In this document: piece after piece, positions 17,616 to 26,054 of the stretch
Position numbering within the stretch: the stretch's first letter is position 1
Layout of the letters: each line of letters begins with the position of its first letter
DNA from: Thermoanaerobaculia bacterium
GTDB lineage: Bacteria; Acidobacteriota; Thermoanaerobaculia; Multivoradales; UBA5704
DNA: 64,000 nt
Assembly: GCA_036503335.1 (NCBI GenBank)
Contig: DASXXC010000248.1
Span: 11,748 to 75,747 of the forward strand
Reading direction: 5' to 3'
Notes under the pieces: model-generated
The model's database searches: none
The model's input: only the letters and a program-made list of their open reading frames with translations
What the model was told of the DNA's origin: nothing
Position numbers and translations under genes: made by a program

Positions 17616-19925
17616 TTGAGCAGCAAGATCCGGGTACGCCTCTTCGGGGGGCTCGAAGTCTGGGCCGGCGAGCGGCAGGTCGCGGGATTCGAAGCCCAGG
17701 GCTCCGGGGCCTTGCTGGCCTATCTGGTCTGCAACCGGGGCCGGATCTTCCCCCGCGATCACCTGACCGGGCTGTTGTGGCCGGATCGCGACGGGGATAC
17801 TGTCCGCGACGCCCTGGGCGAGGCCGTCCACGACCTGCGCTCCCGGCTGCCCGAGGTGGAGAGCCTCCTCCAGGTCACCCATCAGGAGATCGGGCTCTCC
17901 CCCCGCGCCGACCTCTGGCTCGACGTCGAGGCTTTCGAGGAGTCCTTGCGCCTCGGCTCGGAGCGGACGATCGACCCGCACCACCTGTCCGCCGCGGTGC
18001 AGCTCTACCGCGGGGAGTTCCTGGCGGGCTTCTCCGCCGGCGGCAGCCCCGGCTTCGAGGGCTGGCGCGTGGGTGAGCAGACCCGGCTGCGCGATGCGGC
18101 CGTCGCGGCGCTGCACCATCTGATCGAGAGCTACCTCCGGCGGGGGGAGCACCGGTTCGGCGTGCACTACGCCCGCCGCCTGGTGGCGATCGAGCCGCTT
18201 TCGGAGGAGGCGCATCGCGAGCTCATGCGGCTCTGCGCTCTCGCCGGGCAGCGCAGCCGGGCGCTCGCCCAGTACGACGAGCTGGTGAGGCTGCTGCGCG
18301 AGGAGCTGGGGGCCGATCCGCTCGCGGAGACCCGCCAGCTCTACGAATCGATCCTCTCCCAGGTGGCCCGGGAGGAAATCGCCGCGGGCCTGGAGGAGCC
18401 GGTCGGACCGATCGTCCCTCTGGTCGGCCGGTCCGGCGCCTACTTCATGCTGCGGGAGGGGTGGGCGCGAGCGCTCGCCGGCAAGGTCCACCTCACGGCG
18501 GTGGAGGGGGCGCAGGGGATCGGCAAGACCCGGGTGATCAAGTCGTTCCTCGACGCCACCACGTCCAGGCGGCGCTGTGGCGTCCTCAAGGGGAGGTGCT
18601 ACGAGCTGAGCCCCTTGCTGGCCTATCAGCCGTTCATCGAGATGCTCCGCGGCGCGCTGGCGGAGGACGCCGAGGGCTCCGGGCAGGTCCTGACGCCGTT
18701 GCCCCAGGAGGTGCTGAAGGACCTGGCCCTCCTGATTCCCGAGCTCCGCGGTCTGCGGCCGGACCTCGGCGAGCCGGAGCCGCTCCCGCGCCCGGAGGGG
18801 CGGCGCCGCCTCTTCGCCGCGGTGGGGGTCTTCCTGGAGAGCCTGTGCCGCAGCGACGATCCGCTGATCCTCTTTCTGGACGACCTTCACCTGGCGGACC
18901 GCGACACGCTCGACCTGTTGGGCTTCCTGGTCTCGGAGCTCAAGGGGCCGATCTGGATCGTGGCGGCCTACCAGCCGGACGAGGAAGAAGAGGGAAAGGA
19001 AGAGGAGGAGGACGCCCACCCTTTGAGGGATCTTCTCCAGCGTGGCGAGCAGGAGGGGAGCGTGACGCGGCTGGAGCTCGAGCCCCTGGTGCTCCCGATG
19101 CTGGAGGAGATCGCGGAATCCCTGGCGGGGGAGTCCCATGCGGCCGAGCTCGCTGGCTTCCTCAAGGAGAATACCGGCGGCCTGCCGCTCGCGGTGAGCG
19201 AGCTCATCAACTATCTCTGGGACGAGGGAATCCTGGTGGCCGGGGAGGCGGGGCAGTGGAAGCTGGCCCGCCCGCTCCACGAGATCGAGGTGCCGGAGGA
19301 TCTCGACGAGCTGATCCGGCTTCGCATCCGCCGGCTCCCCAACTCCACCCGGCGCCTCTCGTCCCTGGCGGCGATCGTCGGCCAGACCTGCGACATGGAG
19401 CTCCTGCAGGAGGCGGCCGACGAGCACGCCAAGGTCATCGAGATCGGGCTCGAAATCCTGCTCAAGCGATGGTTGATCCGGCCGTTCGCCCATGCCTGGA
19501 CCGGCGGGCGCGCGGACGAGGAAAACGCCCTGGTCTGGGCGCGGGGGTTTCGCCGGGGGAGCTTCGAGCTCGCGCACGACCGCACCCGTGGAGCCATGTA
19601 CGGCGAGCTCAACCCCCTGCGCCGTCAGGCGATCCACACCCAGATCGCGACGGCGTTGGAGAAGCTGCGCGGAGACCACGACTGCGAGGCGTTGGCCTTC
19701 CACTACACCGTGGCCAACCAGTGGGAGAAGGCTCTCCCCCACCTCCAGCGGGCGATGGACCGGGCGCTCGCGATGGGGGCGGAGGATACCGCCGAGCGCT
19801 ACTACGATCAGACGATCGAGGGGCTCAGCCGGCTGGCGGCGGGGGCCCGCAGCGCGGCGGCGGCCGAGCGGTGGCGGGGGGAACGGGACGCGATGCGCGA
19901 GCGGGCCGCGAAGCTCTGGCCCTAG
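17616..19925 (+). CDS. SARP/AfsR-like regulator (winged-helix + BTAD + AAA ATPase + helical repeats)
   Basis: TTG start per the ORF track. N-terminal OmpR-type wHTH (RVRLFGGLEVW), BTAD (YRGEFLAGF..EAHRELMRL..ALAQYDEL), P-loop GAQGIGKT, Walker B LILFLDDLHLAD, and a C-terminal TPR-like region. Confidence 0.85.
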   Translation: MSSKIRVRLFGGLEVWAGERQVAGFEAQGSGALLAYLVCNRGRIFPRDHLTGLLWPDRDGDTVRDALGEAVHDLRSRLPEVESLLQVTHQEIGLSPRADLWLDVEAFEESLRLGSERTIDPHHLSAAVQLYRGEFLAGFSAGGSPGFEGWRVGEQTRLRDAAVAALHHLIESYLRRGEHRFGVHYARRLVAIEPLSEEAHRELMRLCALAGQRSRALAQYDELVRLLREELGADPLAETRQLYESILSQVAREEIAAGLEEPVGPIVPLVGRSGAYFMLREGWARALAGKVHLTAVEGAQGIGKTRVIKSFLDATTSRRRCGVLKGRCYELSPLLAYQPFIEMLRGALAEDAEGSGQVLTPLPQEVLKDLALLIPELRGLRPDLGEPEPLPRPEGRRRLFAAVGVFLESLCRSDDPLILFLDDLHLADRDTLDLLGFLVSELKGPIWIVAAYQPDEEEEGKEEEEDAHPLRDLLQRGEQEGSVTRLELEPLVLPMLEEIAESLAGESHAAELAGFLKENTGGLPLAVSELINYLWDEGILVAGEAGQWKLARPLHEIEVPEDLDELIRLRIRRLPNSTRRLSSLAAIVGQTCDMELLQEAADEHAKVIEIGLEILLKRWLIRPFAHAWTGGRADEENALVWARGFRRGSFELAHDRTRGAMYGELNPLRRQAIHTQIATALEKLRGDHDCEALAFHYTVANQWEKALPHLQRAMDRALAMGAEDTAERYYDQTIEGLSRLAAGARSAAAAERWRGERDAMRERAAKLWP

Positions 19926-21109
19926 CGGGCGATGCGGCGGACGCCGCCGGCCTTGGGTGCGGCCGCGGGTCCAAGCCCCAGCCCGAGCACCTCGGCCTTG
20001 ATCTCCTCCCGTTGCAGGCGGGCGAGGCGGCGGGCCTCCATCGCCATCCCCATCTGCCGCATGGTGAGGATGACGGTGAGCTCGAGGACCACCAGCACCA
20101 CGCCGAGGGCCGTCTCGCCGGTGAAGGCGACGAAGAGGGCCAGGGCGCAGAAGGAGAGGACGACGCCATAGATCACGGCGACGATGCGCCGGCGCTCGCC
20201 GCCGAAGTGGGCGAGCAGATGGTGCAGGTGCTGGCGGTCGGCTTGGAACATGCGCAGGAAGCGGCCGATGAGCGCCGACTTCGGGCGGTCCAGGAAGCGG
20301 ACGGCCATCACCAGCAGGGTATCCATCACCGGCACGCCGAGGGCGAGGATCGGCACCAGGATCGCCACCGCCGCGGGTGCCTTGAGGGAGGAGTGGACGG
20401 CCGTGGAGGCGAGCAGGAAGCCCAGCATGAGGGAGCCCGAATCGCCCATGAACACGCGCGCCGGCTCCCAGTTGTGGCGCAGGAACCCGAGGCAGGAGCC
20501 GGCCACGGCGGCCATCAGGATCACGGTGCCGGCGTTCCCCTGCAGCATGGCGTAGCCGAGGAAGCTCACCGAGATGATGGCGACGACGCCGCCGGCCAGC
20601 CCGTCCAGGCCGTCGATCAGGTTGATCGCGTTGGTGACGCCCACGATCCAGAGGAGCGAGACGAAGCCGCCGAGCAGCCCGAGGTGGATCTCGCCGAGGA
20701 AGGGCAGGCGCAGCACCTCGAACGCCCAGCCGGCGTGGACGAGCGGCCACGCCGCCACGAGCTGGAAGAGCAGCTTCTTGGCGGCCGAGACCCCCACGAT
20801 GTCGTCCACCACGCCGACCAGAAAGACCGTGATCGTGCCGAACGCCAGGGCGAGGAGCTCACCGCGGCCGACCGCGGCCCCGATCCGCCCCCACAAGGAG
20901 ACCGTCGCGCCGGTGCCGCCGAGGAGGAGGCCCAGGGCGATGGCGGCGCCCCCCAGCCGGGGCACGGCGCCCGTCTGCAGCTTGCGCTCTCCGGGGTGGT
21001 CGAGGGCGCGCAGGAGCACGGCCAGGCGCGCGACCGGCGGCACCATCAGATGGGTGGCGAGGGCGGCGACGAAAGACGCGGCTACGGCGTACAGCAGTAT
21101 CCCTTGCAT
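19922..21109 (-). CDS. polyprenyl-phosphate sugar-1-phosphate transferase (MraY/WecA family)
   Basis: Multi-pass membrane protein with VGVVDDIVGVSAAKK and NAINLIDGLDGLAGG motifs. Confidence 0.9.
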   Translation of the reverse strand: MQGILLYAVAASFVAALATHLMVPPVARLAVLLRALDHPGERKLQTGAVPRLGGAAIALGLLLGGTGATVSLWGRIGAAVGRGELLALAFGTITVFLVGVVDDIVGVSAAKKLLFQLVAAWPLVHAGWAFEVLRLPFLGEIHLGLLGGFVSLLWIVGVTNAINLIDGLDGLAGGVVAIISVSFLGYAMLQGNAGTVILMAAVAGSCLGFLRHNWEPARVFMGDSGSLMLGFLLASTAVHSSLKAPAAVAILVPILALGVPVMDTLLVMAVRFLDRPKSALIGRFLRMFQADRQHLHHLLAHFGGERRRIVAVIYGVVLSFCALALFVAFTGETALGVVLVVLELTVILTMRQMGMAMEARRLARLQREEIKAEVLGLGLGPAAAPKAGGVRRIAR

Positions 21110-21168
21110 ACGGCTACTCCGAGCGACCCGGCGCCTCGCGGCCCCGAAACTTCAACTCTGATCGCTAG

Positions 21169-22293
21169 TTATGGGTCGTATCTTACAGATTCCCGGGGCT
21201 TGTGCAAGCGTCCGATCTCCTCGAGGGCCCGGAAGACCCCCGCCGGATCGCCGGCATCCGCGCGCCAGTAGCGCTCCGGGGGAATTTCTCGCTCGCAGAG
21301 GAGATGGACGTCCGAGGCGGGGCTGCCGACGTAGAGGACGCCGCGGCCGGACTGGACGCAGCCGTAGACCTTGGAGGGGAGGACATAGCCCACGAAGCCG
21401 TCGCGCAGGGTGATCAGGTGGGCGTCCGGGGTGACGAGGAGGCGGGGGAGCTGCTCCAGAGGCACGGGCCGGCCGCGGTGGACCGGCAGTCCCTCCCGGC
21501 GGAGGATCTCCTCCACCCGGTCCGCCCTGGTACCGGTGGCGTTGAGCCAGAGGGCCACCCGTCCGGATCCCTCGCGGTGGTGGCGCCGGTAGCCCTCGAT
21601 GAAGGTCTCGTGATCGTGGGCGACGCCGAAGTTGCCGGAGTAGAGGAGGATCGCGTATCCCGCGAGCTCCGCCGGCCGGTCGAGCGGCGGGATGCCCGGC
21701 GGGATCTCGACCGGCGAGGGGTCGCGCTTGAGGGCGATCCGGCCGGGATCGATGCCGATCTCAAGCAGGCGCCGACGCTGGTCCTCTCCCAGAACCTCGA
21801 AGCGGTCCACCCGGCGGCGCAGCGCCACGGTCCAGCGATGGAAAAGGCGGAGCGGCGCCGGCACCCTTTCCATCTCGGCCATCAGGCACTCGGGATGGAA
21901 GTCGGTGATGCGGTAGGTGAGCCGCTTGCGGAGGAGGAGGTTGAGGGGGACGAGGAGCTGGATCAGGAAGGGAGGGCTGCCGGTGAAGAGGATCTCGTCC
22001 GCCGCCCGGAGCTCGCGGCGCACCGCCCAGACGAGGCCGAGATCGGTCCGCGCCGTCCACAGCGCCCGGGCGCGGAAATCCGCGCGGTCGTAGATGGCGG
22101 CCCGCCGGCGAACGATCCGCAGCCGGCCCTCCCCGTGCCGCTCCTCCTCGACCGAATCGGCGGTCGAGGAGAGGCCGGCGAGGACCACGTCATCCCCCTG
22201 GGCGGCGCGCTGGCGGGCGAAGAGGAGACTGTACTGGCCGACCGCGCCGAAGTCGGGCGGCAGCCAGTCGCAGAGATAGACCAACCGGACCAC
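21169..22293 (-). CDS. glycosyltransferase (GT-B fold, WcaI-like)
   Basis: 374 aa. The N-terminus MVRLVYLCDWLPPDFGAVGQYSLLFARQRAAQGDDV is typical of GT4/WcaI-like enzymes. The C-terminal half is less diagnostic. Confidence 0.75.
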   Translation of the reverse strand: MVRLVYLCDWLPPDFGAVGQYSLLFARQRAAQGDDVVLAGLSSTADSVEEERHGEGRLRIVRRRAAIYDRADFRARALWTARTDLGLVWAVRRELRAADEILFTGSPPFLIQLLVPLNLLLRKRLTYRITDFHPECLMAEMERVPAPLRLFHRWTVALRRRVDRFEVLGEDQRRRLLEIGIDPGRIALKRDPSPVEIPPGIPPLDRPAELAGYAILLYSGNFGVAHDHETFIEGYRRHHREGSGRVALWLNATGTRADRVEEILRREGLPVHRGRPVPLEQLPRLLVTPDAHLITLRDGFVGYVLPSKVYGCVQSGRGVLYVGSPASDVHLLCEREIPPERYWRADAGDPAGVFRALEEIGRLHKPRESVRYDP

Positions 22294-22302
22294 GACGGAC
22301 GT

Positions 22303-23322
22303 CTAACGCTCGGTGAGCATCTCCTGGAGGTAGCCGCTCACCGTCTCGCGCTGGCGGCTGCCGAAGTACCAGTCGATGGTCCGGTGGAGGCCGTCCATGA
22401 ACCTCATCTTCGGCTCCCAGCCGAGGAGCTCCTGGGCCAGCTTGTTGCTCGCCACGCGGTTGAGCGGGCCGGTCGGCATGTGGGGGAGGAGCTTGATCTC
22501 GGCCTCCTGGCCGGTGTAGCGCAGCACCTCGCGGACGGCGTCGATCACCCGCGTGCGTTCTTCCGTTCCAAGATTGACGGCGGTGCCGTCGTCGATCTTT
22601 TCGGCGGCGAGCGCCATGCCGCTCACGATGTCGCCGACGTAGGTCCAGTTGCGGATCTGGGTGCCGTCCCCCCAGACCTCGAACGGGTTCTGGCGCACGA
22701 AGGCGCGGGCGATCATGGCGATCACGGCGTGGTTCTCGACCCCGCGCTCGCCGTAGACGGTGAAGAACCGGCAGGAGGCGGACTTGAAGCCGAAGTCCCG
22801 CGCATAGGCGCGCAGCGTCATCTCGGTCATCAGCTTGGCCCAGCCGTACATGTTGTCGGCCTCGTAGGGAGGACCGACCATCTCCTCGGTCAGGTAGAGC
22901 TCCTTGGTGACGTCGTTCTGGAGATAGTTCGGGTAGACGCAGCCGGAGGAGGCGAAGACGAATTTCCCGACCCCCGCCTCGTAGGCGGCCTTGACCAGGA
23001 TGCCGTCCATCGCCAGGTTCTGGGCGCAGGCCGCCTGATGGAGGTCCACGAAGCCGCGCCCGCCGTGGATCGCCGCCAGATGGAAGACGACGTCGATCCC
23101 CTCGACCGCGCTCTGGGCGACGCCCGGGTGGAGGAGGTCCTCCTGGCGGAATTCGACGACTCCGGAGTCGATATGCCCCTGGATGTTCGCCAGGCGGCCA
23201 CTCGTCAGGTCGTCGACCACGCGGACCGACCGCGCCCCCTTCTCGACGAGATGATCGATCAGGTGGGAGCTGATGAACGAGGCACCCCCAGTGACCAGGA
23301 CCTTCTTCTGATTCCAATCCAT
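22303..23322 (-). CDS. NAD-dependent epimerase/dehydratase (extended SDR)
   Basis: Start at ATG 23322 (MDWNQKKVLVTGGASFISSHL), preceded by GGAGA. Contains the GxxGxxG motif, SSGCVY and YGWAK (YxxxK). Confidence 0.9.
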   Translation of the reverse strand: MDWNQKKVLVTGGASFISSHLIDHLVEKGARSVRVVDDLTSGRLANIQGHIDSGVVEFRQEDLLHPGVAQSAVEGIDVVFHLAAIHGGRGFVDLHQAACAQNLAMDGILVKAAYEAGVGKFVFASSGCVYPNYLQNDVTKELYLTEEMVGPPYEADNMYGWAKLMTEMTLRAYARDFGFKSASCRFFTVYGERGVENHAVIAMIARAFVRQNPFEVWGDGTQIRNWTYVGDIVSGMALAAEKIDDGTAVNLGTEERTRVIDAVREVLRYTGQEAEIKLLPHMPTGPLNRVASNKLAQELLGWEPKMRFMDGLHRTIDWYFGSRQRETVSGYLQEMLTER

Positions 23323-23376
23323 ACTCTCTGTCTCCACGCGGGGATGCCGCAAGCGAAAATATCCGGGATGGCCGGG

Positions 23377-24633
23377 TTAGTGTAATCGGGAAGAGCGAAA
23401 CGGCAAAGGGCCGGAGGACCGCAGAGCCTCGGCGATCCGCTCCCCCGCGAGCTCGTGCCCGCGCTCGTTGAAGTGGAGGTCGCCGGGGATGTACAGCCGG
23501 TGCCACTCCGGGACGCGCTGGAAGTCCGGGATCAGGTCGAGGAGCTCGATCCCCTGCTGGCGGCAGAAATCCTGGACCCTCCGCTCGTACTCGGTGACGA
23601 GAGGGCCCGGCCGCGTGCCCAGGATCACCTCGCGGTCCGCGAACCCCCGGGGGAAGGTCCGCTTGAGCACGGCATAGTAGGCGGGGTCCTCGCGGGTGTA
23701 GAGCATCTGGGGGATGGGATAGATCACGATCACCAGGCGGATGCCGTGCTCGCGGGTGAGGCGCTGGATGCGCCGCAGGCTCGCGAAGCTCGACCGCAGG
23801 CCATCCTCCGCCCAGCCGGCCAGGCTCGCGGGGTGGACCATCCAGTTGTTCCGTAGCACGCCGAAGGCCCAGGGGGAGAGCTGGACGAGCCGTTGCGCGG
23901 TGATCGGCGGCGCTCCGGGCTTGAGCTCGGGCGGGATCTCCGGGGGCTTCCCCTCCACCTGGACCTGGGGGCCGGCATGGAGGACGGAGGTCTCCGGATG
24001 CTGGGTCCACCGCCGGAGCGACCGCACCAGCGCCGAATGGTTGTACAGGGCCCGCATCCAGGGGTGATACCTCCAGCCCCGGAACCGCTCGGGCTCGCCC
24101 GAAGGGGAGTACTGATAGCGGGAGGTGTAGTAGATCTCGTCTTGGACGTCCGAGACGTCGTAGAGCAGCACGACGGTGTCCGCGTGGTAGCCGGCGTTGA
24201 GGAATTTCTTCAGGCGCTGGTACTCGAGGAGCGGGCAGTAGGAGGACCGTCCGCCGTTGAGCACCTCGCAGGGCCGGCCGGCCGCATTCAGCGTACGCTC
24301 GACGACCCCGCTCAAGGTCTGCTCCTGGACGTAGCCGACCCCCTCGGCGAAGGAGTCCCCCAGGATCACGATCCGCTCGCGGTCCGGCCGCTTCTCGACC
24401 ACCCGGCCCGGCCGGCCGTCCTTCCAGCCCAGAGAGTTGGTGTAGAAGCGGATCTTGCGGTCCCCCCAGACCTGCTCGTACTCCAGGAAGGGGCGGTACG
24501 AGTGGTCCTCGTAGGGGTCGACGAGGATGTTGAACCCTTCGCCATAGGTCTCCCGGGCCACCAGCTCCGCGAGCCCCAGGCCCACCAGGGTGGTCACCAG
24601 GACCGTGAGGAGACGGAGGGTCCTCAGGCTCAC
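23377..24633 (-). CDS. SGNH/GDSL-family hydrolase (membrane-anchored)
   Basis: N-terminal TM helix, GDS block IVILGDSFAEG, and a C-terminal block GDLHFNERGH (DxxH-like). Confidence 0.8.
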   Translation of the reverse strand: MSLRTLRLLTVLVTTLVGLGLAELVARETYGEGFNILVDPYEDHSYRPFLEYEQVWGDRKIRFYTNSLGWKDGRPGRVVEKRPDRERIVILGDSFAEGVGYVQEQTLSGVVERTLNAAGRPCEVLNGGRSSYCPLLEYQRLKKFLNAGYHADTVVLLYDVSDVQDEIYYTSRYQYSPSGEPERFRGWRYHPWMRALYNHSALVRSLRRWTQHPETSVLHAGPQVQVEGKPPEIPPELKPGAPPITAQRLVQLSPWAFGVLRNNWMVHPASLAGWAEDGLRSSFASLRRIQRLTREHGIRLVIVIYPIPQMLYTREDPAYYAVLKRTFPRGFADREVILGTRPGPLVTEYERRVQDFCRQQGIELLDLIPDFQRVPEWHRLYIPGDLHFNERGHELAGERIAEALRSSGPLPFRSSRLH

Positions 24634-26054
24634 CGGCTCGCCTCCGGATCAGGGCGGTAGACCGCGTAGCCATAGCCGGGCACCGTGTTGGCCACCTTGA
24701 TCCCGAGCAGGCGGCCGGGGCGCGGAAGGAACCGGTTCTCCACCATGCGGTAGCCCGGGAGGGGCGGAGGGGAGGTCAGGCCCGTGTAGCTCTGCTGGAC
24801 CATCACCGCGTCCTGGCCGGCGCGGGGGCCTTCGGCCAGGGGGAAGACCGTCATCCGCTCGTAGTCCTCGGCCACGACCCAGAGGGAGGGGGTCACCGCC
24901 ACCCGCGCCTGCGCCGGGAGGCGCCGGAAGGCCCCCCGGGCCTCCGCCAGGGGGATCCCCTGGGTCAGGAAGAGCCCGAACAGGACGAGCTGCCGCAGGT
25001 AGCCCAGGCCGGTCAGGCCGTGGGCCAGCGCCGCTCCACGGTCCGGCCACCGCCCCGCCTCTCCGCCCGCCAGGCGCAGGTTGGCCGCGAACACGGCGGG
25101 GGCGAAGAGCAGCACGTTGTAGGAGAGCTCGGGGACCTGGACCCCGGTGCGCCAGGCCACGGCGAGGAGCGGCAGGAGGACCGCCGCGAGCAGCGCCGGG
25201 GAGCGCACGGGGAGCTCCCGGCGCGCGGCGCGCCAGGCCAGGAGGGCGATCAGGAGCAGGTACGGGAGGGCGTAGAGGGTGCCGCCGGGGTTGGTGATCC
25301 AGTAGGGAATCAGCGTCCCCTGGGAGCCGCGGGCGGCCACCGCGCCACCGTGCCGGCGGAGCCCCTCCAGGGTCTCCCGGAGGCCGTACGGGCTCACCGC
25401 CAGGATGCCCGCGAAGACCGCCAGGGAGACCGCGAGCGTCCCGGCGGACCTCCCCAGGGCCCTGCCGGTGGGGAGCCGGGCCGCGTGGGCCATCACGGCC
25501 AGCAGCCCGAGCAGGAGCGCCCCCACGGGATGGGTGGCGCCCAGTAGCCCCAGGATCGCTCCCACAGGCAACCAGGAGCGCTCCGGCGACAGGGCGAGAT
25601 GGGCGTGGATCGCCAGCAGGACCCAGAGCGTGGCGAGCACCTCGGGGCGTCCCGTCTGCTCGCCCACCAGAAGGGTGGCGATGCCGAGGAGGGCCGCGGC
25701 GGCGGTGGCGAGCCGTCCAGGTCCGGCCGCGCGGGCGAACAGGAGGACGCAGAGGACCACGTTGATTACGTTGAGACCGGCGATCGCCAGGAAGGCGGCC
25801 GAGGGGGTGGGCCGCGCCATCAGCGCCGCCACGATCCAGGGGAAGAGGGGCGGGTACTGGAGATAGCGCGCCTGGCCCGTGGGATCGAGCTCGCGGGCCA
25901 GCTCCGAGATCGGATTGCGCAGCCCGCCCCCGCCCTTCAAGAGCAGGGCCGGGGGGACGAAAGCGTGGGAATCTCCCGAAGGGATGGGGAAGACGGAGAC
26001 CCCGAAGGCGAGCAGCGAAAGGATCAGCAGGCCCGGGAGGACGAAGGTCTTCAT
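24630..26054 (-). CDS. polytopic membrane protein, GT-C-like (ArnT/PMT-type) candidate
   Basis: Start set at ATG 26054 (MKTFVLPGLLILSLLAF). There are about 11 hydrophobic segments. The ORF-track extension to 26513 lies inside the carbamoyltransferase gene in another frame. Confidence 0.7.
   Translation of the reverse strand: MKTFVLPGLLILSLLAFGVSVFPIPSGDSHAFVPPALLLKGGGGLRNPISELARELDPTGQARYLQYPPLFPWIVAALMARPTPSAAFLAIAGLNVINVVLCVLLFARAAGPGRLATAAAALLGIATLLVGEQTGRPEVLATLWVLLAIHAHLALSPERSWLPVGAILGLLGATHPVGALLLGLLAVMAHAARLPTGRALGRSAGTLAVSLAVFAGILAVSPYGLRETLEGLRRHGGAVAARGSQGTLIPYWITNPGGTLYALPYLLLIALLAWRAARRELPVRSPALLAAVLLPLLAVAWRTGVQVPELSYNVLLFAPAVFAANLRLAGGEAGRWPDRGAALAHGLTGLGYLRQLVLFGLFLTQGIPLAEARGAFRRLPAQARVAVTPSLWVVAEDYERMTVFPLAEGPRAGQDAVMVQQSYTGLTSPPPLPGYRMVENRFLPRPGRLLGIKVANTVPGYGYAVYRPDPEASR

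Noticed and set aside
17595-21271. ORFs 17595..20750 (-, 1051 aa) and 18461..21271 (+, 936 aa)
   Set aside because: These are shadow frames of the SARP regulator and WecA-like genes. They cross the convergent stop-codon junction at 19922-19925.
21202-24673. ORFs 21202..23385 (+, 727 aa) and 22190..24673 (-, 827 aa)
   Set aside because: These are shadow frames over the GT, epimerase and SGNH genes. They have no motifs and a biased composition.
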